Assembly: GCA_039028495.1 (NCBI GenBank)
Contig: JBCCHY010000001.1
Coordinates: 3,528 to 67,527 of the forward strand
Length of the DNA: 64,000 bases
Source: Patescibacteria group bacterium
GTDB lineage: Bacteria; Patescibacteriota; Saccharimonadia; Saccharimonadales; VXPC01
Reading direction: 5' to 3'
Both the position numbers and the translations under genes were made by a program. The notes below the pieces were generated by a model, which was not told where the DNA came from, made no database searches, and saw nothing but the letters and a program-made list of their open reading frames with translations. The stretch's first letter is position 1. Each line of letters opens with the position of its first letter. Shown piece after piece: positions 55,235 to 64,000 of the stretch.

Positions 55235-56905
55235 ATGATCCACAAGATAAGTAGCAGCATAAAAAAGCAACGAGACATAGCCAGTCGTAGGCTTGAAGCC
55301 ACCAAAGAATGGATCGGTCTAAAGAGATATATAAGAGACAGACCCCAGCAGGTAATACTAAAAGACAAGAGACACCTGGTTCTATGTCAGGAAAACAGTG
55401 GCGTGTTCAACGGCTCCCAGCAGTCGATCAAGATCCTCGAGGCGATAACAGGCTCTCTGGAGAAAAATTCCGTGGAGTTCTATGTATATAAAGGACAGAA
55501 GGCCTATTCAGTAATTGTGATGCGAGCTGATACAGAGAAAGCTATTGCTGCTCTGAAGCAGTCAGATCTACTAGCTGTTAGCTATTACCGCCCAAGATAC
55601 GACGCAGGTCTTGCTATACGTGAGAAGATTTTTGGCTTCTCGCCTCCTAAAAACCTGGGAAACATGCGCAGCCTCAAGGTATACCAGCATATTAGGGCAG
55701 GAGACAGGATTCTTGACGGTTCGGCTTTCGGGGTATTTATAGAGTTTTGGTCAAAGGGAGAGGATCTGTCAGAAGAAGAACAGGAAAAAGCAATGTCCGC
55801 AGCGGGCATCAAGGAGCCCACCCTGCTCAAAGACGCTCTAGTGCCGCTGGTAAGCAGTGACATAGCAGCAGTTTTCTCCGGTAAGGAAGCAAAGCCTACA
55901 AGTATAACAATTGGTGGCCGTAGGTACCCGACACTGGCGGTCTTTAAAGAGAACAGCCTGCACACAGTGGATTTTCCCATAGACTTTGTCTACACCTGGG
56001 TTGACGGGTCTGACCCCGTCTGGATGAAAGAGTACGACAAGGCCCGTAAAAAGATTGATAAAAATCATCAGAACAATAGCTCTTCGCGCTGGGCAAACCA
56101 CAATGAACTGATGTATTCACTACGCTCGGTAGAGATGTATGCATCATGGGTTCGCAATATCTACATAGTCACAATGGGGCAGACACCTGCATTTTTAAAG
56201 AATATTGACAATAAAAAGCTAAAAATAATCGACCACAAAGAGTTATTTAAAGATCCGTCAGTCCTGCCGGTATTTAACTCACACGCTATTGAGACACAGC
56301 TTCATAGAATTCCTGGACTCAGCGAGCATTTCATTTATATCAATGATGACATTCTATTTACGCGGCCGACATATCCCGAGTTTTTCTTCTTTCCCAGTGG
56401 GGTAGTCAAGATCCAGCAGTCATCTGCAAAAATAGGTACAGGTCCACCAACAGAAGATGAGTCAGCACCCAGCTCTGCCGGTAAAAATGCCCGTAAAATA
56501 GTTAAAAAAGATGTTGGGTTCTATATAACCAATAAATTTAGACACACAGTAAATCCGCAGCTCAGGAGTGTCTCAGAGACAATATATAAAGACAATAAAA
56601 AGATCACCGATAAAACAATGGCATCAAAATTCAGATCAGTAGAGGATATTCCATTTACTAGCATCCTGATGCAAAACTACTTGCTTGCATCTGGCAAAGG
56701 CGTGCCCGCACCCTACAGATCAACAACGGTTAATGTCTCGGTTGATCAAGCCGACGCAACCCTGAGCGCTATTTTAAAGAAGAGCAGGTTCGTAACAATC
56801 TGCCTAAACGAAGGCGACACACTAGAAGAAGACAGAGACAAGGTCGACAGACGTATCAAAAAATTTTTAGAAGAGCTCTTTCCGTTCCCGTCCAGATGGG
56901 AGTAG
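55235..56905 (+). CDS. Stealth-family hexose-1-phosphate transferase (tandem paralog)
   Basis: FPIDFVYTWVDGSDP, ELMYSLRS, FNSHAIETQLH, YINDD and CLNE...FPFPSRWE. Confidence 0.92.
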   Translation: MIHKISSSIKKQRDIASRRLEATKEWIGLKRYIRDRPQQVILKDKRHLVLCQENSGVFNGSQQSIKILEAITGSLEKNSVEFYVYKGQKAYSVIVMRADTEKAIAALKQSDLLAVSYYRPRYDAGLAIREKIFGFSPPKNLGNMRSLKVYQHIRAGDRILDGSAFGVFIEFWSKGEDLSEEEQEKAMSAAGIKEPTLLKDALVPLVSSDIAAVFSGKEAKPTSITIGGRRYPTLAVFKENSLHTVDFPIDFVYTWVDGSDPVWMKEYDKARKKIDKNHQNNSSSRWANHNELMYSLRSVEMYASWVRNIYIVTMGQTPAFLKNIDNKKLKIIDHKELFKDPSVLPVFNSHAIETQLHRIPGLSEHFIYINDDILFTRPTYPEFFFFPSGVVKIQQSSAKIGTGPPTEDESAPSSAGKNARKIVKKDVGFYITNKFRHTVNPQLRSVSETIYKDNKKITDKTMASKFRSVEDIPFTSILMQNYLLASGKGVPAPYRSTTVNVSVDQADATLSAILKKSRFVTICLNEGDTLEEDRDKVDRRIKKFLEELFPFPSRWE

Positions 56906-56914
56906 ATTCTTTCC

Positions 56915-57703
56915 CTAAGCGTCACCCGAGTAGAATTCAGACAGCCGTCTTCTGAATAGGTCGTTCTGCGTGAGTAGCTTCTTGTCGATATAGATTACAT
57001 TGTATTGATACCTGGACTGGTAGTCTCTAGCAATTGGGATAAAGCCCTGTTTGAAGAATAGCCGATCAACATCGTGTCTGAGTATCTGTCCTGGCCAATA
57101 GGGTCGATCCTCTACTTCGACAAAAACCATCTTTGTGCGTTTAAAGCTCTTTCTTGTGTATCTTGAGAAAACAATGCCGAGTGCACCCTCAACATCCACC
57201 CAGAGCACAGCCGATTGCGGTAGGTGCTCCGAAAATATGTCATCCATGGTTACAGAGGGCACGCTTACTTCTTTGTAGCCCGTTTCATGTTCTGAGTGCT
57301 CCAGTAGCGAAGATTGACCATCAGCCATGACTCGGCCCTTTGCATCTACCCGAAGCTTGAAGGTCACACCATCAGAGGAGTCTGCAACTGCCGCGTGGAT
57401 GTAGTTAACCCCCTCTTTTTTTAATCGTTTCTTATGTTCGCCGTAGTTTGTTTCGTTGGCCTCGTAGGCGACGACATTTGTTTTGTCTTTAAGCGTCTTT
57501 TTTGCACGTGACGATGCAAATGCGTCTCTCGCCCCGACTTCTAGAAATAGATCGGGCTCAATTGCTTCGATTGACTTGAAAAAGAACCGCTCGAGATCTT
57601 TAACAGATCTGTCCCGCTCCTTTCTATCGTTTAGGTTATATTTTACGGCGTGTTGTAGTAGCAACAGATCATATATTGCTGCTGTGTCTTTACTAAATAT
57701 CAT
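56915..57703 (-). CDS. FkbM-family methyltransferase
   Basis: FLEVGA, VAYEAN, HAAV, WVDVEGA and VFVEVE. Confidence 0.82.
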   Translation of the reverse strand: MIFSKDTAAIYDLLLLQHAVKYNLNDRKERDRSVKDLERFFFKSIEAIEPDLFLEVGARDAFASSRAKKTLKDKTNVVAYEANETNYGEHKKRLKKEGVNYIHAAVADSSDGVTFKLRVDAKGRVMADGQSSLLEHSEHETGYKEVSVPSVTMDDIFSEHLPQSAVLWVDVEGALGIVFSRYTRKSFKRTKMVFVEVEDRPYWPGQILRHDVDRLFFKQGFIPIARDYQSRYQYNVIYIDKKLLTQNDLFRRRLSEFYSGDA

Positions 57704-57761
57704 CTGGACTACTTTATAGCATTTTCAACTATACTTCCAGAGAGAAGCCTCTCTCGGCCGA

Positions 57762-59522
57762 CTAGTCGTTGATCAGTATGTTGGATAGGGTGGGTATGGG
57801 TCCATCAGTGACGCTGGAGTAAAAGAATATCTCCTCAGAGTCATCTCCATCGTACAGGGATAGAGGGGTTATATTCGTCCAGACGTCGCTCCAGTCATCG
57901 TAGGCTCTTATAGAGCTAAAGTTGGAGTTCTGATGGACATTGTAGAGCTCTCCGTCCCCGTTCTGGTCATAGAATATGAGCTCATCGTAGCTGTCTCCGT
58001 CAATATCAACAGGAACTATGAGCTCCCATGTTGGACGCCATCCGCTAAAGGATTTACTTAGGGAGAGTGATCCATTGGCTCCTATATGATAGGTTTGGCT
58101 GATATCCTCTGCATAAAATAGCAGTTCGGTTGCTTGGTTTCCTTGGAAGTTCAGCGGGATAATATGCTGCCAGCGGTTCAGCCAAGACTTCCTGCGAGTG
58201 ATCAGACTCAGTGATCCATTCTCATCAATGTCATATATTTCACCTGTGCCCTTGGTGGCACCCTTACGGTAAAACAGTAGCTCACTACTGCCATCTCCAT
58301 CTATATCTATCGGTATTATTGAATCCCAGTTACTCCTCCAGGTTGTATGAGATTTTATGTGGCTCATGGAGCCATCTCCATCCAAGTCATAGAACTCACC
58401 ATTACCGCGCCCATTCGAGCCTACTCCATAAAACAGTAGCTCACTACTGCCATCTCCATCTATATCTATCGGTATTATTGAATCCCAGTTACTCCTCCAG
58501 GTTGTATGTTCAGTAAGAAGTGACAGAGATCCGTCGCCGGCTACATCATATAGTTTTGCGTTACCGCGCCCATTGTCTCCCACACCGTATAGCAGTAGCT
58601 CGTCATCACCGTTGCCTCGAGCGTCTAAGCGCAGGGTTTTTGTCCAGCTAGTGTCTAAGTCGTCATAGCTGTCAATCGTCAACAAATTGCCATTTTCAAT
58701 CGACGTACTGCCGAACCAATCGTTAAAATAGCGCCAGAAATTTCGGTTGCCATAGGCGCTGCAACTATCACCCGTACCGTAGAGATTGTCCAGAGCGGCT
58801 TGGTTAGGTGTATACGGCGTGTAGAGATAGAGAGCAACGGTTGCGGCGTTCTCTATGTTGATAGATTTTGTACCACAACGAGCTAGATCGGGGTGATAGT
58901 AGATATTATTCTGCCCTATGCCATACCAGTAGATATCTAGGTTATCGAGGTAAAAACGAAACAGATTGGCTGCTCCGTCGACTTGTTTGTAAAAATCTGC
59001 TTGCGCAGGGTCACATGGTGCAGTATCAGGGCAGAGGTAGCCAGTTGCGCGGCTGTACTGCCTGGTCCAGGGCCAGTTGTCTGTGACGAGGCCTTGTTCT
59101 TTCTGCAGTAGGACTATGAGCACCTGTGGGTTGATATCGTGATCTTGAGCTGCCTGCCAGACGATTTCTGCGGCAGAGATGCCGCCAGGAACACTGCTCG
59201 GTGTACCGTCTGGTTCGAACTGACCGTAGTTGTTTTCATTAGTGACTGGATTCTGCTGGAACTCAAACAAACAGGTGTATGGTGGCGGGAAATCGTCGTT
59301 ATAAGTAGGTCTATTGCGGTCGCACGCACCACCGCTAACCTTTGATTCAAAGAATTCCTGTATTTCTGCAACGGTCATAGTCGATGAGTCAGTAAAGATT
59401 TCGTCATCGATGATCCGTCCGTGAGGGAAGTCAGCGCCATTTAGCTGCGCTGTCCCTGTAGAAAGAGGGGTAAGCAGAAATAATGCAGCGCTCAGTAGTA
59501 AAAATAGTAGTAGTTTTCTCAC
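57762..59522 (-). CDS. Secreted protein: 'hemagglutinin-related' (lysozyme-like) N-domain + FG-GAP/VCBS-like beta-propeller repeats
   Basis: INPQVLIVLLQKEQGL, ATGY.CPDTAPC, LYLYTPY.PN and YGNRNFW.YF.DWFG, followed by ~53-aa repeats DIDGDGSSELLFY. Confidence 0.8.
   Translation of the reverse strand: MRKLLLFLLLSAALFLLTPLSTGTAQLNGADFPHGRIIDDEIFTDSSTMTVAEIQEFFESKVSGGACDRNRPTYNDDFPPPYTCLFEFQQNPVTNENNYGQFEPDGTPSSVPGGISAAEIVWQAAQDHDINPQVLIVLLQKEQGLVTDNWPWTRQYSRATGYLCPDTAPCDPAQADFYKQVDGAANLFRFYLDNLDIYWYGIGQNNIYYHPDLARCGTKSINIENAATVALYLYTPYTPNQAALDNLYGTGDSCSAYGNRNFWRYFNDWFGSTSIENGNLLTIDSYDDLDTSWTKTLRLDARGNGDDELLLYGVGDNGRGNAKLYDVAGDGSLSLLTEHTTWRSNWDSIIPIDIDGDGSSELLFYGVGSNGRGNGEFYDLDGDGSMSHIKSHTTWRSNWDSIIPIDIDGDGSSELLFYRKGATKGTGEIYDIDENGSLSLITRRKSWLNRWQHIIPLNFQGNQATELLFYAEDISQTYHIGANGSLSLSKSFSGWRPTWELIVPVDIDGDSYDELIFYDQNGDGELYNVHQNSNFSSIRAYDDWSDVWTNITPLSLYDGDDSEEIFFYSSVTDGPIPTLSNILIND
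58270..58508. repeat. 80-bp identical intragenic duplication (period 159 bp = 53 aa)
   Basis: 58270-58349 equals 58429-58508 (taaaacagtagctcactactgcc...ccaggttgtatg). Confidence 0.9.
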
Positions 59523-60064
59523 CTGTCAGCCTCCAGTACTTGTCCGACGTCTGTATTTGTTTGATTGCCTTCATCATCTGTAGCGTACACAGATATGTCC
59601 CAGTCGGCTGCATTATCGAGTGTATCTATGTCTAGTTCGATAAAACAGCCAGACGATCCGTTACCGAGCAGTGTTTTCGAGGAGCTTTGTTTTTCGATTG
59701 CACCGTCTGAAACAGTAAATGAACATGTACCGGAGTAGCTACTAGCACTAATCATTGCACCTATTTCTAGGGTGGATCCATCTAGTGAGGCTCTAGTCAG
59801 TGTGATGACATCAGAGTTCGGGGTTGTCTTTTGCGCTGTCTCGCCATCGTTTTGTTTGACGGTCTCTGCCTGTTCGTTTTCTTCTGGGGTGCTTGGGCTG
59901 AGGTCGACAGTATTTCTCGGAGCAACAGCGACGTTCTTGATAGGCTCTTGAGACGTCCCTGACTCAAACACGGTTGTTTCAGTGTAGATTAGAAAACCGG
60001 CAATGGCAGCCAGGATAATTAATAGCAGGAGCTCGATCAGCGTATTTGATGTAAGGTTTTTCAT
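59519..60064 (-). CDS. Hypothetical membrane-anchored protein
   Basis: N-terminal TM, P/T/E linker and a C-terminal Ig-like domain with a Cys pair. Overlaps the downstream gene (GTGA). Confidence 0.7.
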   Translation of the reverse strand: MKNLTSNTLIELLLLIILAAIAGFLIYTETTVFESGTSQEPIKNVAVAPRNTVDLSPSTPEENEQAETVKQNDGETAQKTTPNSDVITLTRASLDGSTLEIGAMISASSYSGTCSFTVSDGAIEKQSSSKTLLGNGSSGCFIELDIDTLDNAADWDISVYATDDEGNQTNTDVGQVLEADR

Positions 60065-60130
60065 TGTTTTTTATTTTTGTAATTAACGTAAGTATTTTAC
60101 CAAGACTGGTGTTCAGTGGTCAAGAACCTA

Positions 60131-60161
60131 ATCTGCTAGCAAGGAGGTTTTAAGACTCAGA
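60131..60161. repeat. Dispersed 31-bp hairpin repeat, copy 2
   Basis: Matches 4505-4535 at 30/31 and overlaps the GT4 stop codon. Confidence 0.85.
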
Positions 60162-61271
60162 TTCAAGAGAGCCTGCGGCCTTTTTCTCGACCAGTTTTTT
60201 GAGCTTTTTTGCAAATTCTGCTTCTGAGAACTTCTGGGCATGCTTGGTAATACGCCCAGGAGAGTAGTTTTTGACCGTAAAGTCTGCCAGGATCTTCTGG
60301 AGTGACGCGCTCGTCTGAGCGTCAAAAAACTCACCTGTCTTTCCGGGCTCGACGTAGTCAAGGGCGCCCCCTGCTTTGTAGGCAATCACAGGAGTGCCGC
60401 CGGCCATTGCTTCTATCGGAGTAATCCCAAAGTCCTCTTCGCCTGGATGGATGAATCCGATTGACTCTGAGAATGCCCTAATAATGTCCTCATCGCTAGC
60501 ACTGCTGTTAAATGTAATTGTTGGACCAGCCGAGTTTTTTAGTTTTTCGTTTTCAGGACCACTACCTAGTACCAGAAGCTCCAGGCCTAGTTCGCTACAA
60601 GCACTTACCGCTAAATCGTGTCTTTTATAGGCCACTTGCCGACCGGCTGTCACAAAGTAAGAAGCTCTTTTTTTCGAGGGCTTAAAACTACCAACCCTCA
60701 CGGGTGGATACAGAACGGTTGACTCCTGGCCGTAAAATTCTTTAATTCGTTTTTTTACTGCTTTGGAATTAGCAATAAACAAGTCAACTTTCTGAGCAGC
60801 CCTATAGTCCGATCGTTTAAGTAGGGGTAGCAGTAGTTTCAAAGCAAATGGTGCAAGCCAGTTCAATGGACCAAGACCTGGATCTTTCATGTATTTTTCG
60901 GGGTTAACCCAGTAGTAGCGTATAGGTGTATGGCAATAACAGATGTTGACACCATTTTTTGTACGCGCGTGCTTGGATTCCGCGCTAGAGCTTGTAATGA
61001 CGATGTCGTAGTCGTCTAGCCTGAGGCTACGGAAAGCAAGAGGTCTGAGGACCGACCAAAGCTGGTGCTTGTATTTTAGCCGTCCGGGTATTTTCTGTAG
61101 CCATGTTGTGTGTACTCTGTAGCCTCTGAAGAGATCAATACCTTTATCGTCATAGACACTTGTATAGAGGTCCGCGTCTGGAAACGCATTCAGGATGCTA
61201 AGGACTGTACGCTCGGCGCCACCGAGATTAGTCAGCCAGTCGTGCACTATAGCAACTTTTGGCCTATTCAT
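60150..61271 (-). CDS. GT4-family glycosyltransferase (WbaZ-like mannosyltransferase)
   Basis: KVAIVHDWLTNLGGAER, CYCHTPIRY and EDFGITPIEAMAGGTPVIAY. Start set at MNRPK (61271). Confidence 0.92.
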   Translation of the reverse strand: MNRPKVAIVHDWLTNLGGAERTVLSILNAFPDADLYTSVYDDKGIDLFRGYRVHTTWLQKIPGRLKYKHQLWSVLRPLAFRSLRLDDYDIVITSSSAESKHARTKNGVNICYCHTPIRYYWVNPEKYMKDPGLGPLNWLAPFALKLLLPLLKRSDYRAAQKVDLFIANSKAVKKRIKEFYGQESTVLYPPVRVGSFKPSKKRASYFVTAGRQVAYKRHDLAVSACSELGLELLVLGSGPENEKLKNSAGPTITFNSSASDEDIIRAFSESIGFIHPGEEDFGITPIEAMAGGTPVIAYKAGGALDYVEPGKTGEFFDAQTSASLQKILADFTVKNYSPGRITKHAQKFSEAEFAKKLKKLVEKKAAGSLESES

Positions 61272-61322
61272 CGTGATGCGCCTGCCTTTCTGTAGAGCAG
61301 AAAGCACTGCACACCACTGACG

Positions 61323-61414
61323 GCTCAGGCATAAATTTTTGACTGCGGGACGCAGTCGGAGTGCCATATGCACGCCTCCTTGGCGGGTCCTCGTCAAGAA
61401 ATTTCTGCCTGAGC
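61323..61414 (-). other. Multi-stem structured element in the GT4 leader
   Basis: Closing stem gctcaggca/tgcctgagc with aaattt/aaattt. Internal hairpins cgcc/ggcg, gtgc/gcac and gactgcg/cgcagtc. Confidence 0.65.
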
Positions 61415-61541
61415 TCGCCTGAATAACCCAAAAGATCTACAGTAGAAGAACTAGTTATAGTTAGCCTATTCACCGTGGCGTACCTGTCTCGTCATAGTAA
61501 AAGTATATAGCTACTGGCTGCAGGTTGCTATACTAGTCCTC

Positions 61542-62993
61542 ATGGTTCGTAACTTCTTTAGCTATGTGTTTGCGTTAGTCCTCATGGCGGCAGACTATGT
61601 AGCCATCATGGCCGCCTTCGCCGCTGCGTACATTATCCGCGTCGATATAGACGGCAGGCAGCTGATCAGAGACATCCAGGGCTGGGAGTTCATGCTCATT
61701 ATGGCAGTGCTATTACCACTGTGGATAGCCGTATTTGCGGCTCTAGGCCTGTATAGACAAGACGTCTACAGGCGAAAGCTACGTGAGTTGATGCTACTTG
61801 TGATTGGTTCGGCCGTTGGAATGCTGCTAGTAATCGCTTATGATTTTGCGAATCTCGATACGATATTTCCAGCGCGGAGAGTCCCTATCTATGCGGCCTT
61901 TTTGACCGTGATATTCCTCTGGATAGGCAGATGGGTGATGTCTATTATCAGGCGACGTTTGTTTAGAGTCGGATACGGCGTAGCCAATGTGCTGGTGATC
62001 GGCAATACTCATATGACAACAGAGGTCATCAGGCAGCTACGCAGAACAGAACATACCGGCCACAGGATCGTTGCGGCTATGTCAAATACCAAATGGTTGC
62101 GTGAATTCTCAGGCATGAATATAGCCAGGATGACTAACCTGACCGAAGCACTTGAATTTATGGGTTCAGGCAAGGTCAACGTAGTTATACAGACCGAGCG
62201 TTACTCGGATCCAAAAAAGAATCAAAAGATAATAAACACGGCTCATAGCAACCACATCGGCTACAAGTTTGTGCCCCACGAGGACGGAATACTAAGCAGT
62301 AATTTGCAGGTTGACCTACTGGCAGGCATACCTGTCGTGTCCGCCTATCCTACAGCTCTTATTGGCTGGGGTAGGATACTGAAACGCGCCTATGACATAG
62401 TTCTCGCGGTTGTAGGGCTAATTGCAAGTTTGCCCATATGGTTTGTTGTCGCTCTAGTTATCCGATTTACGGATCCGAAGGGTCCAGTGCTGTACATGCA
62501 TAAAAGAGTTACGCGCTACGGCAAAACCATCAAGGTCTACAAGCTCCGTAGTATGTACTGGGAATACTGTGCAGGTAAAAAAACAGAAGAGCAGATATTT
62601 GCTGAGATGGGGCGTAAAGATCTATTAGCTGAATGGAAGGAAAATCAAAAGGTCGATAATGATCCGCGCATCATGCCGATTGGCAGACTCATTCGCAAAT
62701 ATAGCCTAGACGAGTTACCCCAACTGTGGAACGTACTACTAGGGGATCTTAGCCTGATTGGCCCCCGCGCAGTTACTAAAAAAGAGCTCGATCGCTACGC
62801 AAAGTCTAGCCCGCTGTTTTTGAGTATCAAACCTGGAGTCACTGGCCTATGGCAAGTATCTGGACGTAACGAAGATACGTATGATGAGCGTATTGCGCTT
62901 GACTTATATTACGTTCGCAACTGGAGTTTTCTGCTCGATCTGAAAATAACCTATCTGACAATAGGAGCGGTCCTGAAGGGGTCGGGCAAGTAG
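61542..62993 (+). CDS. Undecaprenyl-phosphate sugar phosphotransferase (WcaJ/WbaP family)
   Basis: KRAYDIV, YKLRSM, DPRIMPIGRLIRKYSLDELPQLWNV..GDLSLIGPR, KPGVTGLWQVSGR and DLYYVRNWS. Confidence 0.95.
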   Translation: MVRNFFSYVFALVLMAADYVAIMAAFAAAYIIRVDIDGRQLIRDIQGWEFMLIMAVLLPLWIAVFAALGLYRQDVYRRKLRELMLLVIGSAVGMLLVIAYDFANLDTIFPARRVPIYAAFLTVIFLWIGRWVMSIIRRRLFRVGYGVANVLVIGNTHMTTEVIRQLRRTEHTGHRIVAAMSNTKWLREFSGMNIARMTNLTEALEFMGSGKVNVVIQTERYSDPKKNQKIINTAHSNHIGYKFVPHEDGILSSNLQVDLLAGIPVVSAYPTALIGWGRILKRAYDIVLAVVGLIASLPIWFVVALVIRFTDPKGPVLYMHKRVTRYGKTIKVYKLRSMYWEYCAGKKTEEQIFAEMGRKDLLAEWKENQKVDNDPRIMPIGRLIRKYSLDELPQLWNVLLGDLSLIGPRAVTKKELDRYAKSSPLFLSIKPGVTGLWQVSGRNEDTYDERIALDLYYVRNWSFLLDLKITYLTIGAVLKGSGK

Positions 62994-62999
62994 CCAGCA

Positions 63000-63398
63000 A
63001 TGAGATCAACTCGTCCTACTAAAAAGCAAAAGGCAATGCTGGAATATATAGAGCAGTTTATAGTCGAGAACGGCTACAGCCCAAGCTACCGTGAGATTAT
63101 GGTTGGGCTGGACTATAACTCAGTCGCAACAGTCGCTAAACACATCGAAAATCTAGTTGCCAGAGGACATTTAATCAAAAGACCAAACAGCGCTAGGTCC
63201 ATAGAGCCTTCTAATATGGATCTGGCTGGCGCTCAAGATCATAGGCAGTGGTTGTGTGAACAGATAGACAAACGTATAGAGGCTGGTGTGGATACTGATG
63301 ATTTGTATGTACTAGTCGGCGCGCTCAAGGTTCTCGGGTTTCAGTCAGAATTAGAAAAATACTCGGAAAAAATTAGACAGATGCAGACTGATAGCTAA
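63000..63398 (+). CDS. LexA-like N-terminal DNA-binding domain protein lacking the S24 peptidase domain
   Basis: TKKQKAMLEYIEQFIVENGYSPSYREI...SVATVAKHIENLVARGHL.K.PNSARSI, then a short helical tail. Confidence 0.85.
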   Translation: MRSTRPTKKQKAMLEYIEQFIVENGYSPSYREIMVGLDYNSVATVAKHIENLVARGHLIKRPNSARSIEPSNMDLAGAQDHRQWLCEQIDKRIEAGVDTDDLYVLVGALKVLGFQSELEKYSEKIRQMQTDS

Positions 63399-63495
63399 GC
63401 TGGGTGCCTCCTGGCTAGAAATGATCAGGTCGAAGCTAGTCTCAAGCAGCAGACTACTGATATAATACTTTTCAAGCATAAGGGGTTTATTTATC

Positions 63496-64000
63496 ATGGA
63501 TCATGCTCGGTTAGTAAAAGGGATAAAAATATTTGCTCTCAGCCTGGTCGCTGTCAGTGTTGCGCTTTTAGGATTTCAATCGACTGAAGTTGCCTCGATA
63601 GACGATGATGATTCTTCAGAGATGAGTCATCTGCCCGACACCGAATGTTCGCCGAACATCATACTGCTCTACCCCAACGAAAATTCTTCGACGGGTGGTA
63701 CGCCAGCTGTGCTCTCGGGTGTGAATTCGCTTATAGTTGTTGCTTCGGGCGCCAATCAACCAATTGCAAAGGCGTCTGCATACGTACTAAACGACGAGTA
63801 CTCTCAGTATCGTTTTCTTACAAAGCTGACTGTTTCTGAAGGAAGCAGCGCGCATGGTGACTGGAATACTAGATTTCAACCTAATGGACCAAATGAATTA
63901 TTCGTTGCTCTGACATTTATAGGTGGCGACAGTTGTTTTGTCGAGGCCGAGTATCTACTGGATAACGATTTTAACTTCGATGGCATAGAGGCATTCCTAA
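63496..64000 (+). CDS. Secreted/surface protein, 5' part (runs off window end), possible Ig-like domain
   Basis: Manual translation open to the end: MDHARLVKGIKIFALSLVAVSVALLGFQ...GDWNTRFQPNGPNELFVALTF. AGGGG SD-like sequence upstream. Confidence 0.65.
   Translation, partial: MDHARLVKGIKIFALSLVAVSVALLGFQSTEVASIDDDDSSEMSHLPDTECSPNIILLYPNENSSTGGTPAVLSGVNSLIVVASGANQPIAKASAYVLNDEYSQYRFLTKLTVSEGSSAHGDWNTRFQPNGPNELFVALTFIGGDSCFVEAEYLLDNDFNFDGIEAFL

Noticed and set aside
61454-61463. TAACTATAAC on the minus strand, resembling the start of the 23S rRNA I-CeuI site
   Set aside because: Only 10 nt match and the rest (GGTCCTAAGGTAGCGA) is absent, so it is chance.

Overview
This is a 64-kb chromosomal segment spanning the replication origin of a small-genome bacterium. 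Gene content points to Candidate Phyla Radiation, most likely Saccharibacteria/TM7: a VirB2-like pilin array, a PrgI/VirB4-type T4SS locus next to yidC, tRNA-Arg(GCG) and a truncated LexA. It uses genetic code 11. Left to right: groEL(partial)-groES with a CIRCE box; a pair of kinase-like orphans; an amidinotransferase; murE; two very large acidic orphan proteins; tsaD; valS; an NTase/AAA-DUF4143/XRE-HAD trio; three tRNAs; comF; hsp20; five pilin genes; a T4SS-like locus; yidC-jag-recF; rnpA; rpmH; a cutinase-vWA-PKD surface protein; oriC-dnaA-dnaN; and a surface-polysaccharide locus (wzm/wzt, TagF-like, two Stealth proteins, FkbM, GTs, WcaJ-like). The most notable unannotated signals are five. 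(1) A leaderless Val-rich leader peptide (MFRRVFITVYVVVPCGA) with an overlapping hairpin directly upstream of valS. (2) Short, highly structured intergenic inserts flanked by 16-28 bp direct repeats, which duplicate both ends of tRNA-Ser(TGA) and a translational-coupling junction of a glycosyltransferase. (3) Two copies of a loop-less 44-56 bp perfect palindrome near oriC. (4) Orphan and pseudo-enzyme genes sharing a distinctive promoter architecture, which are candidate T4SS effectors. (5) Pervasive leaderless transcription. All functional calls come from motif recognition by eye; no database searches were run.
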